A stretch of 5,700 nucleotides of DNA from assembly GCA_905178155.1 (NCBI GenBank), contig CAJINV010000083.1:1-5700 (forward strand). The letters are read 5' to 3'. Numbering within the stretch: the first letter of the stretch is position 1; each line of letters starts with the position of its first letter. The notes beneath the pieces were generated by a model. The model did not search any database. It saw nothing but the letters and a program-made list of their open reading frames with translations, and was not told the origin of the DNA. The stretch is from Amoebophrya sp. A120. Its lineage: Eukaryota; Protista; Dinoflagellata. Positions 1 to 4,800 of the stretch are shown here, one piece after another. The position numbers were made by a program, and so were the translations under genes.

Positions 1-58
1 TTTGCATGACAAATTCATCATGTGACAGTTCGAGAATGTAACGTTTGAGAGCCCCATA
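1..58. mobile_element. Element A (truncated by window): right end of an introner/MITE interrupting gene 1
   Basis: Ends ...CCCCATA at 58, where the coding-like sequence stops, in the same codon phase as B, C and D. Contains the family motif GCATGACAAA (4-13). The predicted TSD is GCCCA (59-63); the partner end lies outside the window. Confidence 0.65.
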
Positions 59-1272
59 GCCCAAACGTGCCAAACTTCGACACGCAGACCCGGAAGATCT
101 ATCAAGTGTAAAAATGTCTGGGTCTGGAAACTTGTAATGCTGCGTTGGGAATAGTAAATGCTCTGTAATGCACAGGCAAGCATGAGAAATGCCTGCGCCT
201 CTTTGTGTTGCGTTTTTCGCATGACAAACTGCGTTTTTGCATGACAGGCAAAAGGTAAAGGGTCTCTTCTTGGACACGCATCACAAACTTTTTGGTCATG
301 CCAGACAAGCATGACAAACCCCGCAATCTTCCAGACCCAGAGGACATTTTTGCATTTGATAAGATCCCCCCGTGGTTGATCACGGCGCCCACGTGGTCGG
401 GTGGTGGGTAGTCCACTTCGCACGCGGGGCTGCAGACCAACCGGCCTTGCCGGGGGTACTGCAGGGAAGACTGCGGAATGGTCATGCTCCCGTCGTAGGG
501 CGGGTTCACGTCGTAGATGCGGTTCTGCTATGCTGTGCAAAAGTATCTGATACGCGTACTAATTCTAAATCTAATGGCAGTCCTTCATATAAAAAAATAA
601 ATTTTTTTCCTCAAGGTAAATCCGCATTACAAATTGACTTTCTCATGCTCCTGAGGGAATTTGTCATGCATTTATACGAGTACGGTACTTTTGCAGTGCA
701 TATCTGCGGACACAGTCCCAAGCCCGCCATCACGTCGTTTAAAAATTGCGAGGATTCCACGAGCATCAGCCGCACGGAGTCTGCGGGCCAAAACATGCTG
801 TCCAGAGCGATACCCAAAGAGTACCGCTGCCCTGCGTACAGCACATACCCCTGGGGCGCGAAGAAGGTGCCGGTGAACACGAGTTCCGGCGGTGTGAGCT
901 GCACATCGACGGCGGTAGTGGCGGTGACGAGCAGGCTTTTCCTCGCGGTATCGGCGAGCAGCAGTGCCTATGCACTGCAAAAGTGTCTGGGTCTGGAAGA
1001 ATACAAACTTGTGATGCGCATTTTAGAACACAGAAACATCTCTCAGGCATAGGTGGCAAAAGCTGCCCACTTTCTGTCACCAAAGTGGGGGATTTGTCAT
1101 GCGAATTCGGCATGGCGGAAGCTTCTCGAAACCTGTGATGCTAGAGCTTCCATGCCACACCTTCTGTGTCATGCAGAAACGGCATGACTCTTCCAGACCC
1201 AGACATTTTTGCACTTCATAGTGCTAGGTGAAAAAAAATCACCAGCAAACGCTGGACGAACGAGGAGGGCAT
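59..1272 (-). CDS. Spliced gene 1, 5' part (continues beyond the left window edge): predicted secreted/surface protein of unknown function. Exons approx. 1272-1221, 963-703, 523-362, 94-59 (junctions can slide within the 5-bp repeats)
   Basis: Deleting elements D, C and B plus one TSD copy each gives a stop-free 170-codon frame: MPSSFVQRLLVIFFHLALLLADTARKSLLVTATTAVDVQLTPPELVFTGTFFAPQGYVLYAGQRYSLGIALDSMFWPADSVRLMLVESSQFLNDVMAGLGLCPQNRIYDVNPPYDGSMTIPQSSLQYPRQGRLVCSPACEVDYPPPDHVGAVINHGGIFRVCVSKFGTFG. The ATG at 1272 lies in a CACCATC-ATG context, the N-terminus is hydrophobic and signal-peptide-like, and third codon positions are G/C-rich. Track ORFs 611..904 and 102..509 are exon fragments reading into elements. 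Confidence 0.88.
100..361. mobile_element. Element B: 262-bp introner/MITE-like non-canonical intron in gene 1
   Basis: TSD AGATC at 95-99 and 362-366. Left TIR TATCAAGTGTAAAAATGTCTGGGTCTGGAA matches the right end at 28/30 plus a 3-nt insertion. About 8 internal TTGTNATGC/GCATNACAA-type motifs. Removal restores the frame (HGGI|FRVC). Confidence 0.93.
529..702. mobile_element. Element C: 174-bp introner/MITE-like non-canonical intron in gene 1
   Basis: TSD TCTGC at 524-528 and 703-707. TIR TATGCTGTGCAAAAGTA vs TATGCACTGCAAAAGTA (15/17). AT-rich core with GCATTACAAA (624-633) and TTTGTCATGC (660-669). Removal restores the frame (LCPQ|NRIY). Confidence 0.9.
969..1220. mobile_element. Element D: 252-bp introner/MITE-like intron inside the signal-peptide coding region of gene 1
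   Basis: Near-perfect TSD, GTGCC (964-968) vs GTGCT (1221-1225). The 32-bp TIR matches 29/32 and ends ...TGTCTGGGTCTGGAAGA. Multiple internal motifs. Removal restores the frame (FFHLA|LLLAD). It can be read as a GC-AG intron 1224->968. Confidence 0.92.
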
Positions 1273-1292
1273 GATGGTGGTGATAGTTGTAC

Positions 1293-1498
1293 TATCAAAG
1301 AAAAAAAGTTCGTCACGATCACTCATGCGCATTTTTGCAATACAAAATTGTTTGTCATGCGTAAAAATGCATCACAGCCAAACTTCATTAGGTATTTCCC
1401 TAGTGTTTCTGCAATACAAGGAAAGTTTGTGATGCTGAGAAAATTTGTAATGCAAAGCCTGCAAGTTAGTGACTGTGACAAACTTTTTTCTCTCCATA
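1293..1498. mobile_element. Element E: 206-bp introner/MITE 20 bp upstream of the gene 1 ATG (probable 5'UTR intron)
   Basis: TSD TGTAC at 1288-1292 and 1499-1503. The 30-bp TIR matches 22/30 (core AAAAAAGTTYGTCAC). Motifs TTTGTCATGC 1351-1360, TTTGTGATGC 1426-1435, TTTGTAATGC 1444-1453. Confidence 0.88.
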
Positions 1499-2655
1499 TG
1501 TACAGTTTTATTTTTACAGTATTGTAGTGTCCTACTTAAGCAGCGCGTAGCAGTGGTAATTCGTTCTTCTTCTTGGGGCACGAGCAATAACACTAACGTC
1601 CTTGTTACCAGAAAAAACCTCTCGACGCAACTACTCACATGCTGTTTATCCGACCGTGACAGCACCCCCGCTGTTCCATCCATCGTCCCCCCAATCGCGC
1701 GCGAAAAAAAAAACAACTCTCAAACAGCTTTTGCAGATGAAAAAACACACTCGGGAGGCCAATTTTGAGTTCAAATTTGTTTCCCTCATCCTGCGGTATC
1801 TCACTGTCACAGGCTGCATAGAGGCAATTCATTGGATTATCGCAAAAAAAAAATTACGCGCACTTTGCATTTGAGTTTGACGACGTAGGAGAAATGTACC
1901 GAAACGGAAAATCTATTTGCAGACAACTGCACAAATCAGATGATGAGAGAGGAGAACAGGGACAAGACGCTGCACGAATGCGAGCCTGCGACCGCGTCTG
2001 CCATCGGAAATGATGTCCTTTTGCGAAGGTGCACGACCTCGATTCACCCGAAAACGAAATTCACAAAAAGTAGTTGCTCCACTGGCGGTAGTCACTGGAG
2101 CGATACACAGATGATACGTACGGTTGTAATGTCAGAAAAACAGAGCAGTGGCATTTCATCAAAAAATTCAAGTAACTGTAACAACATCGATCTTGGTGTA
2201 GCGCTATAATCTAGAAAAGGCACGCATGAACATCCATACAAACAAACATTTTCATGTTCAGCAATTAAGCCGTCTACCGGTATCGTCAAAAGCACGACTG
2301 ATATATGATCATTTTTATGAAGATGTTATTCTTAATTCATTCAAACAAGAAGGAAGATAGTACCCAAAAATCAAAGTCGAAAAATGTAAATGAGAAAATA
2401 TAAAGCTACGGCGAAAAAAAAAAATACATCGCAAGGACGACACGCGCCGTGCCGGTTTTGCATAACAAACAGAAGACCACCATCGTTGCTGGATCTGCAG
2501 CAAGGGAGGTCTTCTACTCTTGACATTACAAACTGTGCAACGACAAATCACAAGCACAAAAAATGGTCGCTCTGGGACTAGAACAGTACGATCGGCGTTC
2601 GGAGAGCGAGGCCAATAGCTGCTTAGTGTCCAGGATATAGGTGACCGACTCGCCT

Positions 2656-2932
2656 TATCAAACGTAAAAATGTCTGGGTCCTCTGGAAGATTTCAAACTT
2701 GTCATGCTGTCTCTGGATTCTAAAAAAATTTGTATTGCATGACCAGCAAAAGGACAACTCCAGTTTGTGCTCCGTGAAGACGAGGGCATTTCTCATGCGG
2801 TAGAGACTACATCACAAAGTCCTCTGAAAATCTGTGATGCTAAGGCATGCATCACAGATCGATCCTGGGTCATTCAAAATATGCATGACAAACCTGGCAA
2901 TCTTCCAGACCCAGACATTTTTACATTTGATA
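2656..2932. mobile_element. Element F: 277-bp MITE of the B/D subfamily, not inside a convincing ORF
   Basis: TSD CGCCT at 2651-2655 and 2933-2937. TIR matches 33/34 plus a 3-nt insertion. Shares subterminal AAACTTGTNATGC with B and D, and GCATGACAAACC..GCAATCTTCCAGACCC with B. Confidence 0.93.
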
Positions 2933-3609
2933 CGCCTGGGTGGTGGGCACTCGGCTTGGATGGAAATTTTCGCGATCACCATTTGAAAATCATACACGAA
3001 GATCCAGGAAAATAAACCATTCATCAAACGGTGGAAAACATTGTGGACGCTACAAGCGACTCTTTTCTTCCTCAAGCTCTAGCGCGTTCCCTTGGGGTGG
3101 TTAGGATTCCCCCCGGGCAGGTAGGGCGGCGGCCCGGCACGGTGGCGCCGGCGCTTGTGCCGCGAGAGAGCTAGCGGTCGCTCAGCCCTTGCGCGATGCG
3201 GAACGGGCAGTAGCTGGTCGCTGGGGGGCGGCAGGGGGTCGTAGTGTCACGGGCTGGCGAGAGCACGCCGCGGCGACGACAGGTTCGGCGCGGGTCGAGG
3301 GGGAGGTGCAGGTCGATCTCCGTTGTCCGGGCGGGGAAGGGGGGGGCGGCATAACCCGGGAGCCGTCCCCGGGCGGCGGTCTCAGTTTAGAATGAACGCG
3401 GTAGTCTCTCAGAGGTGATGTTGATCTCAGGCCCTTGTGCAGTGGGAATTTCGATCGAACACAACAACGAGCACTCTGATGCCCTGGTGTAGGGCGATGG
3501 ATCCAGCATTTTGGAACCTGTTCGGAATTCTGTGTCCTCACGTTGGTGTAGTTCGTCAACACGCCTCCCTCCCCGGCCTGTGGTAGGGCTGGGAAGGTCG
3601 GCTTGCGTG

Positions 3610-3643
3610 GTGCGGTTTTTAGGTGTGTAGTGCGGTTTTTAGG
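3610..3643. repeat. Direct repeat GTGCGGTTTTTAGG x2 (20-bp period)
   Basis: Exact 14-mers at 3610-3623 and 3630-3643. Confidence 0.8.
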
Positions 3644-3836
3644 ATCTAATGCTAGTGCAAATGGCCGATCAGGAATCTCTGCAAAGTGGTGACGGGAGCG
3701 GCCGGGCAAACAACCAGAAAAATGGCACCGCTTGCCAGGTGTTTTTGATCCCTGGCACTAGCGCGAATTTGTGGTAGCATCGGGGAATAGCGATCGGCCA
3801 TACACAAGTGGTCCTGAATAAAGACCCAGAAAAATG

Positions 3837-3876
3837 GACCGTGCCCCCGTGTCTAGGTAGCGACACGGGGCCGGTC
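3837..3876. other. GC-rich hairpin
   Basis: CCCCGTGTC (3845-3853) pairs perfectly with GACACGGGG (3862-3870) around an 8-nt loop. Outer stem GACCG/CGGTC. Confidence 0.6.
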
Positions 3877-4085
3877 TTCATTAGGGCCAAGCTAGAACAA
3901 CGCAGGCTGTGGCGCAGGGAAGTCCGGCGTCCCGCCCTTTCTAGAGACAGAAAATAAACCATTGAAAATCATACAGGATGTAGCACCGATGTAGGAGCAT
4001 GCTTTTTTCGAGAGCGGCAATTTGTTGCCGAATGGCAAATTTGCATGACAAATTTAGTAAAACGATAAAAAGCAGACCCTTATTC

Positions 4086-4177
4086 CCAAAACAAACATCA
4101 TACATTTTTCAAAAAAACAGGAGCAGAAAAGTAGACCAAAACAAACATCATACATTTTTCAAAAAGACAGGAGCGGA
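4086..4177. repeat. Tandem duplication, 50-bp period
   Basis: CCAAAACAAACATCATACATTTTTCAAAAARACAGGAGCRGA at 4086-4127 and 4136-4177 (40/42 identical). Confidence 0.9.
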
Positions 4178-4646
4178 GCCAGTGAATCTGTCTTGCGTGG
4201 AGAGGCAGTTCGTGCTCAACCATTAAGAATCATATACACAATCTCCTTAAAGGTCCGCGTATAGATGTAATAAATCGATGACTGCCAATCCTCTCTACAT
4301 GTCAACCTGAGTAATTGGGCCTGAAGCTGCTGTCACAGTTGTTTTGCAAAGTAAGTTGATAGTTGGAGCGCTGCGCCGAGCAGAAAAAAGTTGGCTTTCG
4401 ATTCTTGCCCCAAGCTGAAAGAGCAACTGGCCCCTTCACGACCTTGAGGTAAAAGTATTAAATGGCTACGATAAGTATGTACTTAGCGTAGCGCAGCAAC
4501 TACAGGGCCGGCCCAAGGGTTACACGCGTACGAGGGCCGGTCCTTTGTAATACCCGCCCCCGCCCCGGCGTCGCTCGGGCCGAGGTAAAGAAGAAGTAGA
4601 AGACCAATTTCAATTTCTTCATCTGGCTGTCTTGCATAAAGAAACA

Positions 4647-4800
4647 AGTCCCTTCGCTATCACTTACCACGCACTTTTATCTAACTACTTTAAGTACTAT
4701 CAGTCCCTTCACTATTACTCCCTTCACTATCAGTCCCTTCACTATCACTTTCACTACTAAGTAGTGAATTATATAGAATCCCTAAGTAGTGAATTATATA
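4647..4800. repeat. Minisatellite cluster at/after the predicted stop of gene 2
   Basis: 15-bp unit ACTATCAGTCCCTTC at 4696-4740 (3 copies plus a partial), with a related copy at 4647-4665. A 19-bp repeat CTAAGTAGTGAATTATATA at 4757-4775 and 4782-4800. Palindrome TTCACTACT-A-AGTAGTGAA at 4750-4768. Confidence 0.88.

Larger units (their letters stand above)
3008..3963. repeat. Pair of 14-bp direct repeats GAAAATAAACCATT (3008-3021, 3950-3963) bracketing a GC-rich 928-bp block
   Basis: Exact 14-mer match. The enclosed sequence is visibly more GC-rich than its flanks. Confidence 0.6.

Noticed and set aside
372-1138. Plus-strand ORFs 372..1052, 746..1138, 661..876 and minus-strand ORFs 672..980, 766..1113
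   Set aside because: They run through elements C or D, or are antisense/off-frame shadows of gene 1 exons. Only the reconstructed minus frame has coding-like codon bias and joins across TSDs.
100-1220. Tc1/mariner-type MITEs with a TA target duplication
   Set aside because: Leaving one TA breaks the reading frame. The 5-bp repeats outside the TA dinucleotides are the real duplications.
100-2932. CRISPR or integron-like array of the recurring TGTCTGGGTCTGGAAGA repeat
   Set aside because: Copies alternate in orientation as TIR pairs with unique 5-bp TSDs and irregular spacing. The intervening segments are consecutive exons, and there is no cas or integrase gene.
1228-3075. Short ORFs of 60-114 aa in the track across this interval
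   Set aside because: They overlap elements E or F, or A-tract-rich non-coding DNA, and show no convincing codon bias or domain.
3610-3643. Interstitial telomeric repeats (TTTAGG)
   Set aside because: Only two non-adjacent copies, and they are not TTTAGGG arrays.
3182-3709. 175-aa minus-strand ORF as a real gene or transposase
   Set aside because: Low-complexity Pro/Arg/Ser-rich translation typical of GC-rich DNA, with no recognisable catalytic motif.
2636-3973. Large element bounded by CAGGA-TAT ... ATA-CAGGA containing F
   Set aside because: There is no TIR beyond 3 bp and the joined frames are short. A match this size is plausible by chance.
4476-4552. Another TAT...ATA element
   Set aside because: No TSD (flanks ATAAG vs CCCGC), no TIR and no family motif.
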